Below, in pieces: positions 14,971 to 23,862 of a DNA stretch of 29,311 nt. The position numbers were made by a program, and so were the translations under genes. Each line of letters begins with the position of its first letter. The first letter of the stretch is position 1. Where the stretch lies: contig JAQTTP010000009.1 of the NCBI GenBank assembly GCA_028710695.1, positions 1 to 29,311 of the forward strand, read 5' to 3'. The notes beneath the pieces are model-generated. The model did not search any database and was not told the origin of the DNA. It was given only the letters and a program-made list of their open reading frames with translations. The stretch is from Candidatus Iainarchaeum sp. GTDB lineage: Archaea; Iainarchaeota; Iainarchaeia; Iainarchaeales; 0-14-0-20-30-16.

Positions 14971-17109
14971 TTAATTTTGTAGCTTTGCCTGTGTTGAACC
15001 GTTGTTTTCTTCATCATTCGCATTGTCTTCGTTCTTTCTCTGATTTGAGAAAACTGCCAATAGAACAATCAGAACAACTATAATTATTCCAATTATTATT
15101 CCTATTGTGCTACCGATTCCTAATCCGAACAAACCAGTTGTTGTGAATTCTGGATTTGGCTCAGCCATTATGTCATATGTGTTTACCTTGTTGCTGTTTG
15201 TTTCTATTGTTAACTTAACTTGCTTCTTGTCTGTTCCTTCTAGGTAAAGAGGAACTTCAATGTCTTTAGCTGTGTTTGAAGCAATAGTTGTTGTTATGAA
15301 TGTGTTTGCATCAAAGTAAACCTTTGCATCAACTATGTCTACTGTGTTGTTGTTTGTTACCTTTACTGGAACCATAGTTGTTTCGTTTGGTATGAAGTAA
15401 ACCTTCTCTGGCAACTCTAGTTCTAATGGAAGAATCTCTGTTGCTGTTGGTAATACTTTCAAGTAAATTGGGCTCTTAAAAGTTCCCATTTCTGTCTGTG
15501 TTACCAAGTTCATTGAGTACTCTCCAGTTAATGCGTTTGTAACGTATACTGGAACATCAACTGTTTTCTTCTCTTTAGGTGCTAAAGTTACTGATTTAGT
15601 TACTGAAATTATTGAACCAGTTCCTGTTTCTACGAATAGTGATACAGTTATAGAAACATCGTATGGGTTCTCTAAATCTGTAGTAACGTTGAAGCTACTA
15701 TCTTTCTCTGCACTTATCTTTGAGTTGTACTTTGTGATAAATGCTGGGCTAGCAAAGAATCCTGTTGAGTTGTAGTAAACGTCTTTTGTGTAGTATTCTG
15801 TGCTATTCTTTAAGATCAATTTGTAGCTCTTCACTCCAACTGATTTTGGAATTATGAAAACGTTTAGGTTAGCTGTAACTCCTTTATCAACAACTAATTC
15901 AGCTACGCTTGGATAAACCATGTCGTCGCCAGAGTACTCAATTAATACTTGTAAAGTTTTCTTTGCTGTGCTGTTGTTCTTTACAGTTATTACTTGTGCA
16001 TTCTTTAAAGTTGTTTTTGCTGATATTGGCTCGTAACCTATTTCAACGCTTGCGTTTACAACGTTGAATGATATTGTTTCTTCTAATGTTTGCTTAGCGC
16101 TGTAAGCTTTAATTTTTAGAGAGTGTGAACCAGATAATGTGTTGTCGTTAGTTCCTACTGTTATTGTGTTGCTTGCTCCTGAGTTTGCTTCAACAACTAA
16201 ATCGTTGTTTAATTGTGATACTACATAGTCTCCGCCAACATTGTCGTAAGCTAATTGAACTAATACATCTTCGTCTGAATCATTGTAAATGTAGTATGTA
16301 AAGTCTTTATTTTGACCTTTAACTACTGATCCAATTCCACTAACTGATAGCTCTAAAGCGTGGCTTAGGCAGTCAGTTACTGTTAATGTTAGATCCTTTC
16401 TAAAGTACTCATTTCCTTCGCCTTGGATTGAAATGTCGTTTTCAACTTGTAAAACGTACTCTCCGATTGTTACATCTTTATTGAAGGATACTTTTACTTT
16501 AGTTTCTTTGTTGTCTTCTAAAAGCAAAGCGTCTGCATGAACTTTAGGCCAAAGTAAATCTGAAGTTACCTTTGGATCTATAAAAACCTTGTGACCTGTG
16601 TCGTTATTGAATATCACATAAGTCTCTAAAGGATCGTTCTTACAGAAAGTGTCTTTCTCTAGGCTTATGTCAAAGTCTTCGAAATCGCTCACAGTTATTT
16701 TTATTTCTTTAGTAATATGATCAAATTCTGTATGGAATTCGAAAAATAAACTATACTCGTCTGAAGGAGTATCTTCATTTATTGTAACTTTGTAAGTTAA
16801 TTCCTTTGAATCTGTTTTATCTACATCTATGTATTTTGAAGAAAATGTTGGATCAAAGTATTCCATTTCATCTTCATCGTCAAACTTTATTTGACTTAAG
16901 ATTTGTAGATCTTTATCAGTACAGTTTTTCACCAAAAACTCTACTTCTATTGTGTGTCCTCTTTCTACATTGTATGTGTTTTGTGCTAATGATACTGTTA
17001 AGCTGTCTGAAAACATACAACTGAAGTTTGGCCATTCAAATGCGAAAGCGAAACCGCTTACTAGCAAAATTCCTGCCAACACAAACAAAATATTTTTTAC
17101 GAAATTCAT
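14971..17109 (-). CDS. type I surface protein, multi-domain beta-sandwich (S-layer/CARDB-like), C-terminal TM anchor (712 aa)
   Basis: Signal peptide ILFVLAGILLVSGFAFA. Repeated V-x-V-K/T-N-N-S/T-style modules. C-terminal GLGIGSTIGIIIGIIIVVLIVLLAVF followed by a charged tail. GAGGTGA SD 7 nt upstream of the ATG. Confidence 0.75.
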   Translation of the reverse strand: MNFVKNILFVLAGILLVSGFAFAFEWPNFSCMFSDSLTVSLAQNTYNVERGHTIEVEFLVKNCTDKDLQILSQIKFDDEDEMEYFDPTFSSKYIDVDKTDSKELTYKVTINEDTPSDEYSLFFEFHTEFDHITKEIKITVSDFEDFDISLEKDTFCKNDPLETYVIFNNDTGHKVFIDPKVTSDLLWPKVHADALLLEDNKETKVKVSFNKDVTIGEYVLQVENDISIQGEGNEYFRKDLTLTVTDCLSHALELSVSGIGSVVKGQNKDFTYYIYNDSDEDVLVQLAYDNVGGDYVVSQLNNDLVVEANSGASNTITVGTNDNTLSGSHSLKIKAYSAKQTLEETISFNVVNASVEIGYEPISAKTTLKNAQVITVKNNSTAKKTLQVLIEYSGDDMVYPSVAELVVDKGVTANLNVFIIPKSVGVKSYKLILKNSTEYYTKDVYYNSTGFFASPAFITKYNSKISAEKDSSFNVTTDLENPYDVSITVSLFVETGTGSIISVTKSVTLAPKEKKTVDVPVYVTNALTGEYSMNLVTQTEMGTFKSPIYLKVLPTATEILPLELELPEKVYFIPNETTMVPVKVTNNNTVDIVDAKVYFDANTFITTTIASNTAKDIEVPLYLEGTDKKQVKLTIETNSNKVNTYDIMAEPNPEFTTTGLFGLGIGSTIGIIIGIIIVVLIVLLAVFSNQRKNEDNANDEENNGSTQAKLQN

Positions 17110-17135
17110 AGTTCATTCACCTCTTAATTATAACC

Positions 17136-17945
17136 TCATTTTTTAACAATCGTTTTGCCTAATCTGCCTATAAACATTGTGAATAACACAATTGCTGCAA
17201 GCAATAGCAAAACATCTAAACCAATCATTACCTTGTTGTTTGATAATAGGAAGTATGGATTGAATCCGCTTGATTCTTCCTGATAAGGAACAAGATAAGG
17301 ATCAAATTTTATTATTTCTTTCTTTGTTTTTTGCATATTATCAACAGTATAGGATATTGTTACATCTCCTACGCTTTCGTCCGCATTATCATAGTTAAAT
17401 GGGATTTTTAGAGAGATTTTGCTCTTCTCTAATAGCTTTATGCTATCGCTTTCCTTGTCGCTTGAGTAGGACTCTGGAAAGTTATATTTTATAGCTAAAT
17501 CTAATTTATTCTTACTATTATTTTTTATATCTAATACTAAAATTCCTTTATAGTCTTCGTAGATTATACTTGTGTTTACTTCTATAATGTCGTTCTTTGA
17601 AACGAAAACTTGGAATTTTTGTTTAAAATCTGCTTGTTTTACTACTAACTCTTGCATTCCTTCCTTTGTTGAATCTATATCCGCATAAAGCTTGAAAATC
17701 CAGCTTGAGTTAGGAGTTATTGCTGTAGATTTGTATTCTACTTTGCTTATTGCAATAGTTCCTTCTGCACTAGGAGAAAGATATTCTTCTTTGTCTGGAG
17801 TGTAGAAACAAACTATTTTGTTATTTGTATAAGATAAGTTCTGATTATTACAAAAAAGTTGTTCACTAAAAACTAGCCCACTAAGGAGCACGATGAACAA
17901 AGCCACAATCGGCAATACTTTATAGATATTACTTGTGTAACTCAT
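17136..17945 (-). CDS. type I membrane-anchored hypothetical surface protein (269 aa)
   Basis: N-terminal signal (LPIVALFIVLLSGLVFS) and a C-terminal TM (IGLDVLLLLAAIVLFTMFIG) plus a basic tail. It lies 26 nt upstream of the 712-aa gene on the same strand, so the two are probably an operon. Confidence 0.65.
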   Translation of the reverse strand: MSYTSNIYKVLPIVALFIVLLSGLVFSEQLFCNNQNLSYTNNKIVCFYTPDKEEYLSPSAEGTIAISKVEYKSTAITPNSSWIFKLYADIDSTKEGMQELVVKQADFKQKFQVFVSKNDIIEVNTSIIYEDYKGILVLDIKNNSKNKLDLAIKYNFPESYSSDKESDSIKLLEKSKISLKIPFNYDNADESVGDVTISYTVDNMQKTKKEIIKFDPYLVPYQEESSGFNPYFLLSNNKVMIGLDVLLLLAAIVLFTMFIGRLGKTIVKK

Positions 17946-18097
17946 AGAATTAATATGGGTAAGGAAAAGTTTATAAATGGTTGCTTTTGAGTTAAAGAGT
18001 TAAAAAGCCTTATTTTCTTCATGTTTGGGGCTATTTAGACGACAAGTTTATATATAATAACTCTTTTTATAAGATATAACTTGTTTAAGGGGATAAT
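17946..18097. promoter_or_regulatory. divergent promoter region between the two surface-protein transcription units
   Basis: AAAAGTTTATAAAT (about 17965-17978) is 25-32 nt from ATG 17945 (minus strand). CAAGTTTATATATAA (about 18043-18057) is about 40 nt from ATG 18098 (plus strand). A tandem GAGTTAAA x2 lies at 17989-18004. Confidence 0.4.
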
Positions 18098-21000
18098 ATG
18101 GCTGGAAATTATTTTCTATTTTTTAGTGTTTTTTTTGTGTTACTAATGTCTCTTGGATTTGGTTTCACAATAACTGATTGTAATCAAGTTCTTTCTGCAT
18201 CCGGAACGTATTATCTTCAAAATGACCTAAATATGGCAGACACTAATGGCTTAGAAGGAATGAATACTTATTGTTTAGAAGTAACTGGGGACGATATTAC
18301 AATTGATTGTAACGGTTTCAGAATAAAGAATGAAGATACTGTAATGAACACAATGGGAATATTGGGCAAAGCAGCAGCGCCAGGTGATTCAGTAGATAAT
18401 TTAAATATTGTTGGTTGTACCGCCACCAAATTACATTATTTAATTTATTTGTTGGAAGTTGATACTAAGGATTTAAATGTTTATAATTCCTCATTTGAGG
18501 CAGTTGGATTACAAACTTTGGCAACATTTTCTGAGTGTGGTTCTTATTTTGAAGGAATTTCTGGTAACATACTTACTAGAAATGACCTTAATACTTATTG
18601 GGATTTGACAGACAATAACGCCTGCTTAGAGATAAGAAATTCTTCGCATGTTCAAGTAGATTTTGACACCATGTGGTCAAATGCTCTTTTTGGAACAGAT
18701 AATAATAGTAGTCACATAGGTATTTTAGTAGATGATAATTCTGCAGGAACTACATTTTTGGATTTAAATATTTCTGATGTTTATACTGGATTGAGTACAG
18801 AGTCAACAATATCAATAATCAATTCTAAATTTTTTGATATAAATGACCTTTATTTTTCTGATTATAATATTAGTGTTCTGAATACTAAAGTTGATGATCA
18901 AAATTTAATTTGGTTTAATAAATATATTCCAAGTGCTACCTGCCCAACAGATTTTAATTCTGATTATGATAATGCAATGGCATATGTATTTTATGATTGT
19001 GATTATCCTACTGAATTTGATGTAAATGGCTTGGAACTAACTGATAATGTAGTTTCTGGGGTTGGATCATTACCCCCCTTCTATTTTTATGATGTTAATA
19101 ATATAACAATCCATGATTTTAATGTGCAACTTAATCCAGTAGGTTCTAATGTAACACAAAGTGTTGTGTACTACAAACAACATGGTTATGCACCAGTTAT
19201 GGGCGTTGGATGTGCTGGGGGCCTTATTACTCCTGCAATTTACGGTTATCCAGTTAAAATAAGGGATACGTATATAAACAATCCAAATCCCAATTTTGCA
19301 TATCTTACAACCATTTATACTATTGGATATGGTGAGCGTTTTTATGATGTAAATGTAGATGGTAATATTTATGCTGCGACCTCGGTTGAGGGGTTGGGGT
19401 CATATTCTGCAAAAGATTTGAATTTTAATGGTGATTTTGTCTGGTCATTTTCTAATTATGACTCTGATAATAATTGTCCAAATGATGTTAATTCAGATTA
19501 TAATTCTGGCGCCACATATGCATTTATATCTTGTGCGGCTGAACAAGTTTTGGATAGTATTGTTTTTGATAGTTCTTATACTCTGTTCCCTAATACAAAT
19601 ACCCATCAAGTATATTCTTACGGCTCTGATGTGAATCTTTCTAATATTGACTTTAATGGTTCTGATGGGTCTGTAAAGATTGGTTATGGGACATTGAAAT
19701 TACAAGATTCAAATATACTATCTTCCGCAACAACAAACATATATTTATGTAACTCCAATTTTACTGCTTATGATTCTAATGTATATGCTTCTTTAGGGTA
19801 TCCTTTGCTATTTGATTTTAATGTTATATTTGATATAAACAATTCAAGTTTTTTTGGAGACAACACATTTAAGAATGATCCAACTTTTTTAGGATTTTCT
19901 GACTGCGTATCTGGTGACATAAAAAATAGTAATTTTGATATAAATGGAACGGGGGATTATTCTTTGTCGATAGCTAATGGTTCAGACTGTACTGACTCAT
20001 TAGACTTTAACAATAACACAATTTATGATGCAACAGTATTTTCCAATTATATTGGAAACTTTTTAGATAATAATTATGACGACTCAGATCCAACTCCTGC
20101 AGATTTTAATGATTCAATAGATGCAAATTTCTATAACAACACTTTTGAAATAATTGACTTTTATGATGCAGTAGGAACAGTGAATTTCTATGATAATTTG
20201 TTGACAACATATATAACTGGAACAAGCTCAATAAATATTGTTGATGCTAATTTAACTGCGACGATATATGACAATAATATTTATAACAATTTTGATTGTT
20301 CAACTTGTGGAAATTTAATGATTTCAGGAGATTCTAATGGGCAATATTCTGCTTATAATAATATATTTTATATTGAAAGTGACGCAAACTATTTTGATAT
20401 TTCCGCAGATTCTTTAGATATTACTTTTGACTTAAACACAGACCTAAATTGTACCGGCAGCAGAAACCTGCTACAAGGAACTTGCATGGGCGGAAACTAC
20501 TGGACTGCTGGCACCTACTTGAGCGAGTCAGATATCTGTGAAGATAGAAACTCTTATTATGGAATATGTGATACAAACTATGCTCCAACTGGGCAATCAA
20601 CTTTCTATGATTATCACCCTTTAACAGATATGTTGTTAGTGGATCCGGGAGTAAGTCCGACAAATGTAGAATATACTGATGGAACTGACTCTGTTGACTT
20701 TAATTTGACAACAAGTTTTTATGATATGTATTATAGCGCCGGAGATTACTATAAAGACGGAGTAAACATGGATGTGAATCTGAACTTGTATTATGCTTTG
20801 GTAAGTGATTGGACTGGATTTGATTATAAACTAAGAAAACAAATAACTTTAACAAATAATGATTCTGTTCAAAAAAATTCTTTTACTTTGGATCTAAACT
20901 TTGAAGATTATACTGGTCTTGATATTAACCCATACCAAATTTCTTTTTCAAGTGAAGTGAATCACTTTACAACACTTAATACTGACCTAAATGCTCTGAA

Positions 21001-22906
21001 AGTGGAAGTTGCATTAGCTGATTTTTTAGCTACTGGTGCAGACACAAACATTTATGTGTATTATGATTACAAGTGGTATGACAAAGAAGATGATGTAAAC
21101 ACAACATATCCTAATTTCTATTCTTGGAAATCATCGTCGCTATATGATTTTAATGGAGACTTTTATTCAGTAGAACCAGCAAATTCTACCTACTCTGTTG
21201 CTTTTGGAACAAGTAATCCTACAAGTGACAGTGATATACAAATATTTTTGTTTAATGAGACCAGTACTGGAAGAGTATCATCGAGCGAAGTAGTTGAAAT
21301 AGATGGAAATGCAGTTGGGTATGGTGGAATTTATAATTCAAATGATGGAAACTACCTAGTTTATGGAAAATTGGATTCAAATGCTGCTGCATATCTGCTT
21401 GATGGAAATGATTTTTCTTTAGTTACTACTCTTGATTTTAATTATACAGGGCATGTAAATGAAGGATTAATTGGATCTGATGGAAACTATTATTTGCTTG
21501 TGGGCAGAGATACAAATGCAACAGTTTACAAGTTTTCTCCAGATTTGCTGACTATTTATGATTCCAATCTTTTAACTAGTATTACTGTTGAGAAAGATAT
21601 AATAGAAGCAGATGGAAATATTCTTACCTTAGGAGTAACTGCTCTTGGGGGCAGTGTAATATATGACCTGAACTCTGATTTGGATGTGTCATCTAGTCTT
21701 GCAATAAATGGGGTTTTAATGGTTGAAATGGAAGAAGATGAAGACGGAAATATAATTTATGTTGGAAGAGAGGATGGAAGTAATTCAGTAATGTTGAAAA
21801 AATATGATAGAGATATGTCAACCTTGATTTCTGATAAAAATTATTCTGGTTATACAATAGATAATACCGATTATATAGATCTGGAAATGTATGATGGTAA
21901 TACTTATTACAATGGTTCATCAATGGACTATAACTACATATTAAGATTTTCAAATAGAGTCCCGGCATATTCCTGGATTTTGTATTTAGATTCTGACCTG
22001 AACATAGTTGCAAGGGGGTATTATTTAAATACAGTTTTTACTGAGGAATCACATATAGAAAATAATAAGCAATATGTTGGAACTACAGTTGCAGATGTGT
22101 ATACCTTTGAGTTAGACAGAGAACAAATAGAATCAACGGAAGCATATGATGAACCAACTCTGCTTACAAATGGAACAATAGAAGATTATTGTAGTACTAC
22201 AAATTTGGCGGAGCAGGTAGGAGAGGATTGTAATTATTCTGCGAACTTTTCTGGGTTCACTAATGATACAAATTATGTAATGATGATGTACTCAGAATCA
22301 AGGACTGCAAGCCAATTGTTTAGAAAAAATATGAATTATTTCTTTTTCAGTGTACCAACAATAAATACTGGTGGAAGCACAGACCCGGGTGGTGATGGCC
22401 CAGGCGGAGATGGCGGGGTGCCTGATGCAAATGAACCAGAAATAGATGTAAATGACCCGATTATTCCTGATGAACCAGATGAACCACATTCAATCAATAA
22501 TCCGGATTGGAATAAAGGAGAACCAATAATTGATTTCAAACCAGAAATCTTTTTGGGAGAGAGCCAAGGGGTTGGAATATTTAAAGATAAAGTTTGTGTA
22601 GTTGGCGCAAAGATCAAGGTAATAAGCCCAAGCGGAAAAGTGTCTGAGTATGTAATGGACGAGAAATGTAAATTGGAGTTTATCCCTACTGAAGAAGGGA
22701 ACTATATTATGGAAATTACTTTGCCTGATGGAACAAAGATTATAAAACAATTCAAGGTAAAGCCAAAAAGTAAAGTTGGGCTATTTGATGATGGGACCAC
22801 GGTTTGGATATATATTGTTGGTGGTATTGTAATACTTGGATCAATTGGATATATAGTTTACAGATTTTTTATTAAAGATAGAATGAGGGGTTTGGGAGAT
22901 GTATAA
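18098..22906 (+). CDS. giant surface protein (1602 aa): signal peptide, NosD/PbH1-like beta-helix region, propeller-like repeats, Pro/Gly/Asp linker, Ig-like domain, C-terminal TM anchor
   Basis: Signal FLFFSVFFVLLMSLGFG. TITDCNQVLSASGTYYLQNDL...ITIDCNGFRI is the usual opening of archaeal parallel beta-helix proteins. DGN-[YI]-x-[LVY] motifs recur every ~44-50 aa at 21344-21893. Linker DPGGDGPGGDGG. Terminal TM WIYIVGGIVILGSIGYIVY plus a basic tail. Confidence 0.8.
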   Translation: MAGNYFLFFSVFFVLLMSLGFGFTITDCNQVLSASGTYYLQNDLNMADTNGLEGMNTYCLEVTGDDITIDCNGFRIKNEDTVMNTMGILGKAAAPGDSVDNLNIVGCTATKLHYLIYLLEVDTKDLNVYNSSFEAVGLQTLATFSECGSYFEGISGNILTRNDLNTYWDLTDNNACLEIRNSSHVQVDFDTMWSNALFGTDNNSSHIGILVDDNSAGTTFLDLNISDVYTGLSTESTISIINSKFFDINDLYFSDYNISVLNTKVDDQNLIWFNKYIPSATCPTDFNSDYDNAMAYVFYDCDYPTEFDVNGLELTDNVVSGVGSLPPFYFYDVNNITIHDFNVQLNPVGSNVTQSVVYYKQHGYAPVMGVGCAGGLITPAIYGYPVKIRDTYINNPNPNFAYLTTIYTIGYGERFYDVNVDGNIYAATSVEGLGSYSAKDLNFNGDFVWSFSNYDSDNNCPNDVNSDYNSGATYAFISCAAEQVLDSIVFDSSYTLFPNTNTHQVYSYGSDVNLSNIDFNGSDGSVKIGYGTLKLQDSNILSSATTNIYLCNSNFTAYDSNVYASLGYPLLFDFNVIFDINNSSFFGDNTFKNDPTFLGFSDCVSGDIKNSNFDINGTGDYSLSIANGSDCTDSLDFNNNTIYDATVFSNYIGNFLDNNYDDSDPTPADFNDSIDANFYNNTFEIIDFYDAVGTVNFYDNLLTTYITGTSSINIVDANLTATIYDNNIYNNFDCSTCGNLMISGDSNGQYSAYNNIFYIESDANYFDISADSLDITFDLNTDLNCTGSRNLLQGTCMGGNYWTAGTYLSESDICEDRNSYYGICDTNYAPTGQSTFYDYHPLTDMLLVDPGVSPTNVEYTDGTDSVDFNLTTSFYDMYYSAGDYYKDGVNMDVNLNLYYALVSDWTGFDYKLRKQITLTNNDSVQKNSFTLDLNFEDYTGLDINPYQISFSSEVNHFTTLNTDLNALKVEVALADFLATGADTNIYVYYDYKWYDKEDDVNTTYPNFYSWKSSSLYDFNGDFYSVEPANSTYSVAFGTSNPTSDSDIQIFLFNETSTGRVSSSEVVEIDGNAVGYGGIYNSNDGNYLVYGKLDSNAAAYLLDGNDFSLVTTLDFNYTGHVNEGLIGSDGNYYLLVGRDTNATVYKFSPDLLTIYDSNLLTSITVEKDIIEADGNILTLGVTALGGSVIYDLNSDLDVSSSLAINGVLMVEMEEDEDGNIIYVGREDGSNSVMLKKYDRDMSTLISDKNYSGYTIDNTDYIDLEMYDGNTYYNGSSMDYNYILRFSNRVPAYSWILYLDSDLNIVARGYYLNTVFTEESHIENNKQYVGTTVADVYTFELDREQIESTEAYDEPTLLTNGTIEDYCSTTNLAEQVGEDCNYSANFSGFTNDTNYVMMMYSESRTASQLFRKNMNYFFFSVPTINTGGSTDPGGDGPGGDGGVPDANEPEIDVNDPIIPDEPDEPHSINNPDWNKGEPIIDFKPEIFLGESQGVGIFKDKVCVVGAKIKVISPSGKVSEYVMDEKCKLEFIPTEEGNYIMEITLPDGTKIIKQFKVKPKSKVGLFDDGTTVWIYIVGGIVILGSIGYIVYRFFIKDRMRGLGDV

Positions 22907-23861
22907 AGACTTTTCGAATCTGGAGAAAACCGAAAAAAAAATAAAATCCTTGGAGATACAAGGGGCATCTAAGATAGAGAGAAGCGTGGAAGATGCAATA
23001 ATAAAGGATTTAACTAAAAATAAAGCAAAGAATATAAAAGATCTGAAAAAAGAATTGGTGAAACTACTTGGTAAAGTCTGGATGCTTAGACCAACTGAAC
23101 CAGCTCTTAGAAGTTTTGTTTATTATTTGTATCTTATGATAATACAAGATGATTCTAAAGATTCTGAATCTTTTGCAAAGAAAGTTATTAAATTCACAAA
23201 AAGGGATTTGCAAGAATCAGAAAAAGGGAAAAAAACAATTGCTGAAAGCTTTGTGGATATGTTCGATAAAGAAGTTGTTGTGTTTACCCATTGTCACTCA
23301 CATACTGTTGAATACTGTATTGAAAAACTATCTGATGCTGGGTTGTTAGATTATGTTATAAATACAGAAACTAGACCTGCATTCCAAGGCAGAATTACTG
23401 CAAAAAATCTTGTGGAAAAAGGAATAAAAGTAAAACATGTGGTGGATTCTGGTGCTTATCAGATGATGGACAAAGCAGATGTTTTTGTTAGCGGTTGTGA
23501 TGGCATTTTATCTAATGGATCCATAGTAAATAAAATTGGAACAACGCAGATAAGTATGATTGCAGAAAAGTTTAATGTGCCACACTATGTATTGACACAT
23601 ATTGATAAATTTGACCCGCTTTCTTTGTATGAATCAGAACCGAATTTGGATAAAAGAGCGCCAGAAGAAGTGTGGGATTACAAGAACAAAAATCTGGAGA
23701 TAATAAATAATGCATTTGACTTGGTGCCGTCTTATTTGATACAACAAATTATAACTGACAAAGGTAATTTTGATCCTTATGGAGTCGGAGATTATTATCT
23801 GAAACAGGTTAATGCTCACAAATTTAAAGAAGTTTTTGATATGTTTTCTAAAGGGTGTTGA
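22899..23861 (+). CDS. ribose-1,5-bisphosphate isomerase (eIF-2B alpha/beta/delta family, e2b2-type)
   Basis: IF-2B family pattern: IQGASKIE, VFTHCHSHTV, NTETRPAFQGR, VVDSGA, SGCDGILSNGSIVNKIGTTQISMIAEKFNVPHYVL. The functional call relies on its position immediately upstream of AMP phosphorylase. Confidence 0.7.
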   Translation: MYKDFSNLEKTEKKIKSLEIQGASKIERSVEDAIIKDLTKNKAKNIKDLKKELVKLLGKVWMLRPTEPALRSFVYYLYLMIIQDDSKDSESFAKKVIKFTKRDLQESEKGKKTIAESFVDMFDKEVVVFTHCHSHTVEYCIEKLSDAGLLDYVINTETRPAFQGRITAKNLVEKGIKVKHVVDSGAYQMMDKADVFVSGCDGILSNGSIVNKIGTTQISMIAEKFNVPHYVLTHIDKFDPLSLYESEPNLDKRAPEEVWDYKNKNLEIINNAFDLVPSYLIQQIITDKGNFDPYGVGDYYLKQVNAHKFKEVFDMFSKGC

Positions 23862-23862
23862 T

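Noticed and set aside
22336-22617. Minus-strand 93-aa ORF with a proline-rich stretch (PPSPPGPSPPG)
   Set aside because: It is the antisense reading of the GC-rich Gly/Asp/Pro linker of the 1602-aa gene. It is a shadow ORF created by local GC richness.
14971-22906. PGF-CTERM/archaeosortase or other known C-terminal sorting signals on the surface proteins
   Set aside because: The C-termini have a TM helix plus a charged tail, but no PGF (or similar) tripeptide precedes the helix. GLFGLGIGS in the 712-aa protein does not fit the motif.
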